From positions 1,731-65,730 of the IMG/VR virus record IMGVR_UViG_3300017914_001603: 64,000 bases of DNA; one strand, given 5' to 3'. Below the pieces are notes generated by a model. That model saw only the letters and a list, made by a program, of their open reading frames with translations. It searched no databases and had not been told where the DNA came from. Shown here in pieces: positions 1 through 8,082 of this stretch. Source of the DNA: a virus (Duplodnaviria > Caudoviricetes). The stretch's first letter is position 1. Every line of letters starts with the position of its first letter. The translations under genes were made by a program, and so were the position numbers.

Positions 1-54
1 GACCGCTCGAACCAGCAGAAATACCTGTCAACTGAGAACCGTCACCGATAAACG
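1..54. repeat. 54-bp perfect direct repeat inside the first fibre gene (partner at 733..786)
   Basis: gaccgctcgaaccagcagaaatacctgtcaactgagaaccgtcaccgataaacg occurs at 1-54 and 733-786. Confidence 0.95.
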
Positions 55-1627
55 CTGGCGCAGTTACTGCAGCACCAAACGTCCAATCGTTTGTAGTGTC
101 GTATGTCAACGAACCATAAGGACTAGTTTCGATCGCAATACCGTATGCTGTTTGTGGTTGATTTGTCGTTTGACCGGTCGCATTAATGTGGATTGTTTGC
201 GAATCATCAGCACCAGCGTTTCTACCGATCGCAATACCATATTGCGCATTTGATGCTGTAGTAGCGTTATTACCCAATGCAACAGATGATGTTCCTACCG
301 CTGAGGCACCATAACCCATTGATGTTGTGCCGACACCCGAAGCAGTACTGCCGACTGCGACTGAATAATTTCCAGTAGCATTGCCGCCAATACCTTTCGC
401 ATAGGAACCGGTTGCTTGAGCGCCCGTACCCAGCGCAAGAGTATTCTGGTTGTTCGCTAAGGCGTCTCTACCAAATGCACTCGCGGAAGCGGCTTGTGCC
501 TTTGCATTATGTCCTACGGCAACTGTACCGTTCGATGTGGTTGCTTTTGCCGACGTTCCGATAGCGACGTTATAAAGACCACCAGAAGCATCTGCTTGAT
601 TACCAATTGCAACACCGACGTAGTTGGCAGCAGATCGGCCAATTGTAATTACAGTAGAATTTGTGCCGAATGTCAGTACCTCTGTGTCATTGAAATCTGA
701 ATCAATCATAGCATTTACTGCTGCAGAATCTAGACCGCTCGAACCAGCAGAAATACCTGTCAACTGAGAACCGTCACCGATAAACGAAGAAGCAGTTACT
801 GAACCAGCAGTTACTGAACCGGAGAACAATGCATTATTGTCGCTATCAAATGTAAGGACTGCAGTTTGTCCAGAATCTACCGTCTCAGAAATTGTCAACG
901 AAGAGGTAGAGACAGAATCGAGCATCATCGCTCGAATCGCTGCAGAATCTAGACCGCCTGAACCGCCACCAGTTGGAGCAGTTGTCATGCTAGTGCCGTC
1001 TGCGAACTCGAATGTTGTTGCTTTAACAGTTCCGTTAAAGTCGGCACTATCTGCGGTCAGGAACAACGCTTGTGTTCCTGCATGATCCCACTTAAATCCA
1101 CCGCCGAATCGAGCAGCAGTTGTCACATATGATGTCATTCCACCAGCTGATGGGTGACTGAATTTGGTTCCCGCGTATCTAGAACCAACATACACATCGT
1201 TTGATGCAGTTAAATTTGCATCATTATTACTCGAACTCCACAAATTGTGCATTATTCGCTGAGAAGATGCGCCTGACGGATTTCCCGCTAATAAATATGA
1301 ACTCGAGTAAGTTAAATTCTCGCCGAAAGTGTCTGCGTCAATTGTTGATAGTCCAATTGCACCACCTTCGACACGTAATTTATCAAGAGCAGTATAGTCT
1401 AATCCACCAGCACTTGTCTGTACTTCAGCACCTGTTAGTGAAATAACCCCAGCAGAGTCTAGACCACCAGCACCGCCACCAGCACCGATTTCAGCAACAG
1501 CATTTGTTGCGTCTTTATAATAGAGTTTTCCGTCCGCATAGTTTAATGCTAGTTCGCCATATGCTAGATCCCCTGCTGCTGGCGCTTGTCCGCCAGTGCC
1601 GGATCTTTTAATTTTGATTGTAGACAT
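1..1627 (-). CDS. Tail fibre/adhesin with YadA-head-like beta-roll repeats (partial, runs off window start)
   Basis: Not in the ORF track. My translation from ATG 1627 (SD GGAG) is open to the window edge: MSTIKIKRSGTGGQAPAAGDLAYGELALNYADGKLYYKD (fibre N-terminal module), repeated GLDSAxV linkers, then ~14-aa AIG/AVG/ALG repeats. Confidence 0.85.
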   Translation of the reverse strand, partial: MSTIKIKRSGTGGQAPAAGDLAYGELALNYADGKLYYKDATNAVAEIGAGGGAGGLDSAGVISLTGAEVQTSAGGLDYTALDKLRVEGGAIGLSTIDADTFGENLTYSSSYLLAGNPSGASSQRIMHNLWSSSNNDANLTASNDVYVGSRYAGTKFSHPSAGGMTSYVTTAARFGGGFKWDHAGTQALFLTADSADFNGTVKATTFEFADGTSMTTAPTGGGSGGLDSAAIRAMMLDSVSTSSLTISETVDSGQTAVLTFDSDNNALFSGSVTAGSVTASSFIGDGSQLTGISAGSSGLDSAAVNAMIDSDFNDTEVLTFGTNSTVITIGRSAANYVGVAIGNQADASGGLYNVAIGTSAKATTSNGTVAVGHNAKAQAASASAFGRDALANNQNTLALGTGAQATGSYAKGIGGNATGNYSVAVGSTASGVGTTSMGYGASAVGTSSVALGNNATTASNAQYGIAIGRNAGADDSQTIHINATGQTTNQPQTAYGIAIETSPYGSLTYDTTNDWTFGAAVTAPAFIGDGSQLTGISAGSSG

Positions 1628-1670
1628 AGTCGTCTCCTTTTCTAATAGTTAGAAATATTGTTTTTTATTA

Positions 1671-2504
1671 CTAAGGCGCGTCAGGATCTGTTATCCAATT
1701 GTACGCGCTTTTATCAAAGTGTTGTGCCTCCCAGAAATTATGTTTTATAAATTCATTCCATAATACTGGTGGTAGTAATTTTTGTTCTTCACGGTATTCG
1801 ACTTTCTTTCTTACCTTGTGAAGACCTTCCATTTTTAGATCTAAGTCATACTCCTCATAACTATCTTCGACATTATCATAGTCATGATCATGATATTCTT
1901 CACCCAAAAACTGATAGATCTTTCTCATAGTTTGCTCTGGTTGTTTGGTCAGGGCATTATACTCAACAAAGATCATATGATCTGCGTCTCCTGAAAATAC
2001 ACCAGTTCGCATTAATTTGATTGGATCCATGACGACACCGCCCTTTGAACCCATCAATGTAAAGCACCGTTGATCTACAGTCGACATAATTTTATTCCCG
2101 TAGATCGGTTTTGTTCCCAGAGGATCTTTACCATTCAACTTCTCGAAAGAGTTTAAGATCCAAGGTATACTTCTCACACAAACAATCATCTTAAAATCAG
2201 GATATAATGTTTTTAGAAGTTTTGTTTTTCCTGTCCATGTGCGACCAGTATTAAAACAAACTTCCGTAGAACCTTCGTAGTAAGAATCAAAAATGCCCCG
2301 TATAATTCTTTTGCGTTTTTCTGCTTCGACTAATTTCCTTCCACCTTGAATATTTTCGGTAGCACGAATAATTGCGTCGGCATAACCCTGCAGAGGGTCG
2401 CTAATGCCTGCCGTAAATCTGGGGTTTTGTTTGAGTATTGAACTCAGCAAAGTGGACCCAGATCTAGGCAGACCTGATATAAAGTGGTACGTCTTTTCGC
2501 TCAT
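1671..2504 (-). CDS. PAPS-dependent sulfotransferase
   Basis: 5'-PSB loop FISGLPRSGSTLL, 3'-PB motif IVCVRSIPWILNSF, and C-terminal VEYNAL..PEQTMRKIYQFLGE typical of P-loop sulfotransferases. Confidence 0.9.
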   Translation of the reverse strand: MSEKTYHFISGLPRSGSTLLSSILKQNPRFTAGISDPLQGYADAIIRATENIQGGRKLVEAEKRKRIIRGIFDSYYEGSTEVCFNTGRTWTGKTKLLKTLYPDFKMIVCVRSIPWILNSFEKLNGKDPLGTKPIYGNKIMSTVDQRCFTLMGSKGGVVMDPIKLMRTGVFSGDADHMIFVEYNALTKQPEQTMRKIYQFLGEEYHDHDYDNVEDSYEEYDLDLKMEGLHKVRKKVEYREEQKLLPPVLWNEFIKHNFWEAQHFDKSAYNWITDPDAP

Positions 2505-2530
2505 TAAAACATCCTATAGTATATTAAAAA

Positions 2531-2698
2531 TTAACCCTTCGCTTTCATTTTTTGCTTTAATTCTTGCTTCTCAGCAACCCTTCTACTTAATCTTTCAGAA
2601 GTTCTTTCGGATGAGAAACCTTTCCCATTTCTTTTAGCAACTTTCGCCTCCAGTCGAGCGATATCTTCATTAAGTTTTGTCTTTCTCTTTAATGACAT
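2531..2698 (-). CDS. Small basic protein (55 aa)
   Basis: Own translation MSLKRKTKLNEDIARLEAKVAKRNGKGFSSERTSERLSRRVAEKQELKQKMKAKG; SD AGGAG upstream; fills the gap between co-oriented genes. Confidence 0.65.
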   Translation of the reverse strand: MSLKRKTKLNEDIARLEAKVAKRNGKGFSSERTSERLSRRVAEKQELKQKMKAKG

Positions 2699-2763
2699 TC
2701 TATTCTCCTTGAGATATGGGGGGACTTATGTCCCCCGTATTTTTTTATTATTATCGGCAGTCT

Positions 2764-4248
2764 TTAGAACGTGCCGCCGTCAATTTCGCCTTCGAATGAC
2801 GATGCACGAACAGTTGTTCCGAAATTCCAGTCAGAATCTTTCGAGAACCACATACGACCATCAGAGTCTGTTGACTTTATCTCGATGTAATGGTCCTTAG
2901 TGTTATTGACCGCCGCCTGATAACCGAGAGCAACAACGTAGTTACCGCTTTGATCGATACCTGCTCCGTAACCAACCGCAGTAAGATATGATCCAGTGTT
3001 GTTCTGACCAGCGAATCCACCAACACCTACAGAATACACACCGGTATTAGAGTATAATGCATTTGTACCAACCGCAACGATGCCTGGTGCAGAGTTGTCT
3101 ACACCGGTGTAATCACCGACCGCTGTAGACCTGAAACCAGTGTTACCTTTTAATGAATATGTACCAATACCGACAGAAGTGTCGCCAGTATTATAATAAC
3201 CCGATTTGTAACCGGCAAAGGTCGATTTTTCGCCTGTGTTCATATGTGCTGAATAATAACCCGTAGCAAAAACGTGGTTAGCGCTGTTGCTTTCTGCTGC
3301 TGAATAACCGAGAGCAACAACGTGGTCGCCGGTGTTTTCTTCTGCTGTGTTATAACCGATACCGACAACGTTCGATCCGGAGTTATTATATGCTGCTTCA
3401 TAACCCGCAGCAACAACGTAGTCGCCGGAGTTATTATATGCTGCATAATCCATAGCGACAACGTGGGTGCCGGTGTTATTTTCTGCTGCTTGATAACCGA
3501 TAGCAATAACGTGGTTACCAGAGTTTTCTTCTGCAGCATCTTTACCGAGAGCAACAACGTAATCACCAGTGTTATCTTCTGCAGCATCATCACCAATCGC
3601 GACTACTTGACTACCAGTGTTATCAACAGCACAGTCTTCGCCGATCGCAACTATTTGACTACCCGTGTTTCTTTTAGCGGCATCGATACCAACACCAACA
3701 ACGTCACTGCCAGTGTTCTTGTATCCAGCATAATTTCCGATTGCAACTAAGTCGTCTGCGCCGTTTTCCGCGCCAGCATAATAACCGACAGCAACAACAT
3801 AGTCGCCCGAATCACCATTTGCTGCATAGTATCCCAAAGCGACAACATGCTCGCTTCCTGAAACAGCACCAGCATAAGTACCAATTGCGAAACTGTTGTA
3901 ATCGTCAACCGTAACACCACCACCACTGACGCCGGTTAATTGAGAACCGTCACCCACGAATGATACCGCAGAGACTGAACCAGAAAAAGTGCTGTTGTTA
4001 GCACTATCAAACGAAAGAACTGCGTCAGAAGAATCATCTGAAATTGTAAGTTCCCCGACCTTTAAAGGACCGGAAACAACAACGCCGTCGCCAGAATCCG
4101 CAATGTTCTGAAGACTCGCTACATCAGCAAGTAATGCTGCTTTGGATATTTTGTGAGTCGAATTATTTGAAGCATCTACTACGACAAGTTGATCGGCAGA
4201 GTGTGCTGAATCAAGTGCCGTTAAATCTGTAATCTTTACACCAGCCAT
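2764..4248 (-). CDS. Fibre/adhesin with ~21 tandem 16-aa beta-roll repeats
   Basis: Repeats of the form N(T/S)G(D/S)xVV(A/G)(I/L/V)GYxAAxx; N-terminal KITDLT module; GDGSQLTG connector; C-terminal IDGGTF. Confidence 0.8.
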   Translation of the reverse strand: MAGVKITDLTALDSAHSADQLVVVDASNNSTHKISKAALLADVASLQNIADSGDGVVVSGPLKVGELTISDDSSDAVLSFDSANNSTFSGSVSAVSFVGDGSQLTGVSGGGVTVDDYNSFAIGTYAGAVSGSEHVVALGYYAANGDSGDYVVAVGYYAGAENGADDLVAIGNYAGYKNTGSDVVGVGIDAAKRNTGSQIVAIGEDCAVDNTGSQVVAIGDDAAEDNTGDYVVALGKDAAEENSGNHVIAIGYQAAENNTGTHVVAMDYAAYNNSGDYVVAAGYEAAYNNSGSNVVGIGYNTAEENTGDHVVALGYSAAESNSANHVFATGYYSAHMNTGEKSTFAGYKSGYYNTGDTSVGIGTYSLKGNTGFRSTAVGDYTGVDNSAPGIVAVGTNALYSNTGVYSVGVGGFAGQNNTGSYLTAVGYGAGIDQSGNYVVALGYQAAVNNTKDHYIEIKSTDSDGRMWFSKDSDWNFGTTVRASSFEGEIDGGTF

Positions 4249-4307
4249 ATTTATTCTCCTAGTGTTTATTGTTTTAAGAATATTCTTATCTAGAAATTAT
4301 ATGAGAA

Positions 4308-4332
4308 AATGGAGGGGGCGACCCCCCATATC
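4308..4332 (-). terminator. Probable intrinsic terminator after the DUF285-like gene
   Basis: Minus strand G-rich/C-rich hairpin GGGGGGTCGCCCCCTCC followed by ATTTTCTC. Confidence 0.5.
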
Positions 4333-4343
4333 AAATCTTAACC

Positions 4344-4351
4344 TATTTATA
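4344..4351 (-). promoter_or_regulatory. T4-type late promoter
   Basis: Exact TATAAATA on the minus strand, upstream of the 494-aa fibre gene. Confidence 0.7.
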
Positions 4352-4370
4352 GAAATTTAAATTTAACCTA

Positions 4371-5522
4371 CTATGTTCCGTCTGTTCCCCAAACTGGTCT
4401 TGAATTCGGAAGAGTCCAAGAATTTGCGCCGGTATCGAAAAGATTAGGTTCACTAGTGATATTTGTAACATTCCAACCAGAAAGGTCTTGGTTGAACACA
4501 GATGCATTAAAGAACATAGACGACATATCCGTTACATTTGAAGTATCCCAATTCGCGATAGTTCGATTAAACGAATTGGTTGATTCAAACATACCGTGAA
4601 AAGAAACGACATTGCTTGTGTCCCAAGAACTAATGTCTTGATTAAACGAATCGTTTGATTTAAACATATCGTACATCATTACTACATTGCTTGTATCCCA
4701 AGATCCAATTGGTTGATTGAAAGATGAAGCGCCTTCAAACATGTCGAGGAATGTCATTGCATTCGAAGTATTCCAAGAATTCAAAGGTTGATTGAAAGAT
4801 GAAGCGCCTTCAAATATTTCGTCGAATCGAAATACTGCGGAAGTGTCCCAAGAACTAATGTCTTGATTGAAAGATGCATTATCTTTAAACATCTTTTGAA
4901 AAATAACTCCATAAACTCCATTTGAACTCACTCGCCATCCGCCGTCAGATTCTGGACCAAACTCATACCATCCATGTAATCTATCGAAATGCGAATATGA
5001 ATTTCCGGCTATAGTTATCTCCGAAGGCGTCCAATAAGAGGCGACAACATCGGTGATAGGGGTGGATTTATCGGAACATATCGTCCAACCGCTGATGTCT
5101 TGATTGAAATTTGTGTCTTCGAACATTGAGGTGAAGTCTCTGATATTCGAAACATTCCAACCAGTCAGGTCACTGGAGTTAGTGGAGAAATTAGTATATC
5201 GGAACATTTCTCTAGCAGTGACGACTTCAGACATATCTAAGTTTGTGATGTCTGCTGCACCTAGTGTAGAACTTCCGGTATCTTCGTCATGAAACATCCA
5301 GTCCGTATGCTTTAGTGGTCCTAATGATCTGAAACCAACGTTCGGAATCCATAGATATCCTGGAGGCGCGTAGTGTTCCCTCCATTGCGAGGAAGTCGGA
5401 TCATTCGTGACGCCAGTTATAGAATAACTGTAAAAAGATACTTTCTTTGAGAAAAACGTCGAGGAATTTCCAGCATCGATAGATACCGTTCCTTGACCTT
5501 TTTTAATACAAATTTTAGACAT
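4371..5522 (-). CDS. BspA/DUF285-type leucine-rich-repeat surface protein
   Basis: 25-aa repeats FNQ(D/P)I(S/G)SWDTSNVxxMxxMFxxAxS. Confidence 0.9.
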   Translation of the reverse strand: MSKICIKKGQGTVSIDAGNSSTFFSKKVSFYSYSITGVTNDPTSSQWREHYAPPGYLWIPNVGFRSLGPLKHTDWMFHDEDTGSSTLGAADITNLDMSEVVTAREMFRYTNFSTNSSDLTGWNVSNIRDFTSMFEDTNFNQDISGWTICSDKSTPITDVVASYWTPSEITIAGNSYSHFDRLHGWYEFGPESDGGWRVSSNGVYGVIFQKMFKDNASFNQDISSWDTSAVFRFDEIFEGASSFNQPLNSWNTSNAMTFLDMFEGASSFNQPIGSWDTSNVVMMYDMFKSNDSFNQDISSWDTSNVVSFHGMFESTNSFNRTIANWDTSNVTDMSSMFFNASVFNQDLSGWNVTNITSEPNLFDTGANSWTLPNSRPVWGTDGT

Positions 5523-5599
5523 GTTTGTCTCCTTCTAGTATGGTTGACATATTGTAAAGGAATATTGATGATAAAAAGATCGCGGTATCATATGATTCC

Positions 5600-5607
5600 T
5601 ATTTATA
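5600..5607 (-). promoter_or_regulatory. T4-type late promoter
   Basis: Exact TATAAATA between the gp15 stop and the DUF285-like gene. Confidence 0.7.
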
Positions 5608-5610
5608 TTT

Positions 5611-6315
5611 TTATGAATCTGCAGAATCTTTCAGGTTAACGAACAATTCTTCCCCGTCTAGACTCATAACATCAATATCATAATTGGTGATAACCGGACC
5701 TTTCGTTGAAGTATCCTTATATAAATTAATCTTCATTTCGAAGTCGAGTGTATATATTATTGTCCTTCTTGCCTCAAGTGTTGCTTCGTAATCGTCCGAG
5801 AAAGTCACGCCAAGAAGAGTGATTGGTGTGTCTTCTTTAACGTCACTATAATCTTCCAACGGGTTTACGGTGAGAGTATATTGAGGTGTGAAGTATGGTA
5901 AGATTTGCTCAACTACTTGTAACGCATCATCTTGAGACTTTGCGTATATGTTCAACTGAAACGAGATGCTATAAGGAACTGGAACATACAATTTCTTTTT
6001 AGAAGACGCGTCATCTGCTGTCTTTGGGCATGCATTGAGTTTCGGTAGTTGACGAACTGGATCGTACATCATGGCGACGATTTCGAAAGACATACGCGGT
6101 AGTTTGATCGCTACCTGTCTTTCGTTCTCTGAAGAATTCGCCTGATCTATTCTAGCAAGAAAGTCCCTTCTTGGACCGTAAGAAAGTGGAACCTTGGTTT
6201 GACTGATCACATTACCCGACGAGTTTTTTCGAATGATGTTGATATCGTTAAACAGGGAACCGAAAACTGCAACTGCCTTTCGAATTCTTTGATTATAAAA
6301 ATGCGAACCGAACAT
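5611..6315 (-). CDS. gp15: Tail sheath stabiliser/terminator
   Basis: HFYNQRIRKAVAVFGSLFNDI, VPLSYGPRRDFLARI, LPRMSFEI, QILPYFTPQYT motifs; follows gp13-gp14. Confidence 0.92.
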   Translation of the reverse strand: MFGSHFYNQRIRKAVAVFGSLFNDINIIRKNSSGNVISQTKVPLSYGPRRDFLARIDQANSSENERQVAIKLPRMSFEIVAMMYDPVRQLPKLNACPKTADDASSKKKLYVPVPYSISFQLNIYAKSQDDALQVVEQILPYFTPQYTLTVNPLEDYSDVKEDTPITLLGVTFSDDYEATLEARRTIIYTLDFEMKINLYKDTSTKGPVITNYDIDVMSLDGEELFVNLKDSADS

Positions 6316-7217
6316 TAACTTGGGTCTCCGAATGGGTTGCTCTCAGTGAAGTCGATGAACGAATCTCCGATGTCATTAAAGTCGTCGTTTTGAGCACCTG
6401 CTGCTAGCATTTCAGAAGAGTCACCAGTCGTCAAGAATGGTGTTCCACTGGCGCCAGATATATCGCCCGTGATCGGTGCGTTAGTGCTCCAAGTATGGTA
6501 TAGTCCATCCATCGCCCCTTGATGAGCGACATAAATCAAATATTCGCTTGAATTAGAAGCATCAATATCTACAATCTCCCCCGTCATGGTATAAGAAGCG
6601 TTTACCTGTGTAATGCTTTCTTGTAATACAAAATTTCCAGATAGCGTGTTTGGATCGAACCTGAGAATTGTTTTATTGGCGTGATCTCGCTCAACATTAT
6701 CGATCTGATCGATACCGGTATCGAAGTCTTCGTCGTTATATTCAAACAGTTCACAACGCATCTTAAACACTGGAAGATTCTTTAACTGGTAGAATGGTTC
6801 TTGCGTCTCAGTGCGCATAATTTCAAAGACAGAATTTGACAACGGAAGATGAATCAGATCTCCTTCTCTCGGTCTGAAGAAAGTGTTGCCTTCTTCATCC
6901 TCATACTTAGCGACGGTATTATTCCATCTTCTTTTAGCAACAACAAACGTCGCCGCGTCTCGTATCTCAACACCAAACTTAGTAAATAGATCGCCTTCTC
7001 CGTCGAACCCTTCGATATTTTCGATATACATTTCTATCTTGTATGCATTATCGAAACGTGAGACTGAATCGTCGTCGAAAATACGGTCTCGTCCCACAAT
7101 TTCACGCGGAATGTAATAGACATCTTGTCCGTAAATTTTTAGGGACTCGATTATAATGTCTTCGTAGAGGGTTTGTTCGCTTCGCGTACCCTGCGTGAAA
7201 TAAGGATTTGTTGCCAT
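6315..7217 (-). CDS. gp14: Neck protein
   Basis: MATNPYF, ESLKIYGQDVYYIPRE, EGDLFTKFGVEIRD, RPREGDLIHLPL, CELFEY motifs. Confidence 0.92.
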   Translation of the reverse strand: MATNPYFTQGTRSEQTLYEDIIIESLKIYGQDVYYIPREIVGRDRIFDDDSVSRFDNAYKIEMYIENIEGFDGEGDLFTKFGVEIRDAATFVVAKRRWNNTVAKYEDEEGNTFFRPREGDLIHLPLSNSVFEIMRTETQEPFYQLKNLPVFKMRCELFEYNDEDFDTGIDQIDNVERDHANKTILRFDPNTLSGNFVLQESITQVNASYTMTGEIVDIDASNSSEYLIYVAHQGAMDGLYHTWSTNAPITGDISGASGTPFLTTGDSSEMLAAGAQNDDFNDIGDSFIDFTESNPFGDPS

Positions 7218-7220
7218 TTA

Positions 7221-7973
7221 TTACCCCATAAAGAAATCGACAGGTAATTCGTATTCTAAACGAATCTTTTCTTCTAACCTCTCGATTTCAGCATTCGCAT
7301 CATCAAATATCTGACGCCCATTAATTGTGACGCCTCCTGGAAGTTGCATGCCTTCAAATTTAATTAAGTTCATACCCCATTGCTGTTTGATCAATGCGGT
7401 TGTATATTCTTTTAACCAGATATCGTCCCAGATTGAAGTGTATGAGTCCTCGTCGACGATCTGAAAACACTCTGCGATTAGATATTGACCTTCAACGAGG
7501 TCTTTGTCTTCTAAACTTCCGTGAATGTAAAGACGATTTTGCTTTCTTGAAAATGTTGTCAACGGTGTACCGTCTAACAGAAGATCTAAGAAATCAAGAT
7601 ATTGTTGCAATTGATAGTAGTAAGACATTCCACCGGCGAAATGCATGAAGTCGCCCATGCTATTTAACATCAATTGATATTTGATATCAAACATATTTGT
7701 GGTCGCGAATGTAGGGTTGAACGGAAGAACTTTTCTTACATAGAGGATATCGTCTGAGATAGGGATATACTTATTGGCGATATCGTCTGCTGTTATTTGG
7801 TGCTTCAGGAATATACGCACAGTCGCATCACTGTGATACTCTCTATATTTTTGTAGAGCATCATCGACTTTATCTTCGATTTGATCTTGATCGACGTTGA
7901 TTTCAATAACGGGATCACCGAGTTTTCTGAGGCAGTAATCAATCAACGATTGTCTTGAATTAGGTGATGCCAT
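7221..7973 (-). CDS. gp13: Neck protein
   Basis: LIDYCLRKLGDPVIEINVDQDQIED; WLKEYTTALIKQQWGMNLIKFEGMQLPGGVTING. Start moved to ATG 7973 (MASPNSRQ) behind SD GGAG. Confidence 0.92.
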   Translation of the reverse strand: MASPNSRQSLIDYCLRKLGDPVIEINVDQDQIEDKVDDALQKYREYHSDATVRIFLKHQITADDIANKYIPISDDILYVRKVLPFNPTFATTNMFDIKYQLMLNSMGDFMHFAGGMSYYYQLQQYLDFLDLLLDGTPLTTFSRKQNRLYIHGSLEDKDLVEGQYLIAECFQIVDEDSYTSIWDDIWLKEYTTALIKQQWGMNLIKFEGMQLPGGVTINGRQIFDDANAEIERLEEKIRLEYELPVDFFMG

Positions 7974-8005
7974 GAAGCACTCCATATAGTAATATTCTTT
8001 TCATC

Positions 8006-8013
8006 TATTTATA
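8006..8013 (-). promoter_or_regulatory. T4-type late promoter
   Basis: Exact TATAAATA directly after the gp23 terminator, upstream of gp13. Confidence 0.8.
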
Positions 8014-8018
8014 CGCAT

Positions 8019-8044
8019 AAAAAAAGGGAGACCGAAGTCTCCCC
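8019..8044 (-). terminator. Intrinsic terminator of gp23
   Basis: GGGAGAC-TTCG-GTCTCCC followed by a T7 run on the minus strand. Confidence 0.9.
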
Positions 8045-8082
8045 AAAAACGATCCTTAAAAGGATTCTTATTTTTATACCGA

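Noticed and set aside
494-1446. Plus-strand ORFs 494..700, 837..1085, 1201..1446
   Set aside because: They are antisense shadows of the long minus-strand fibre ORF that the track missed because it runs off the window.
2764-5522. Diversity-generating retroelement targeting the repeat proteins
   Set aside because: No reverse transcriptase and no template/variable repeat pair differing only at adenines; duplicates are exact or synonymous.
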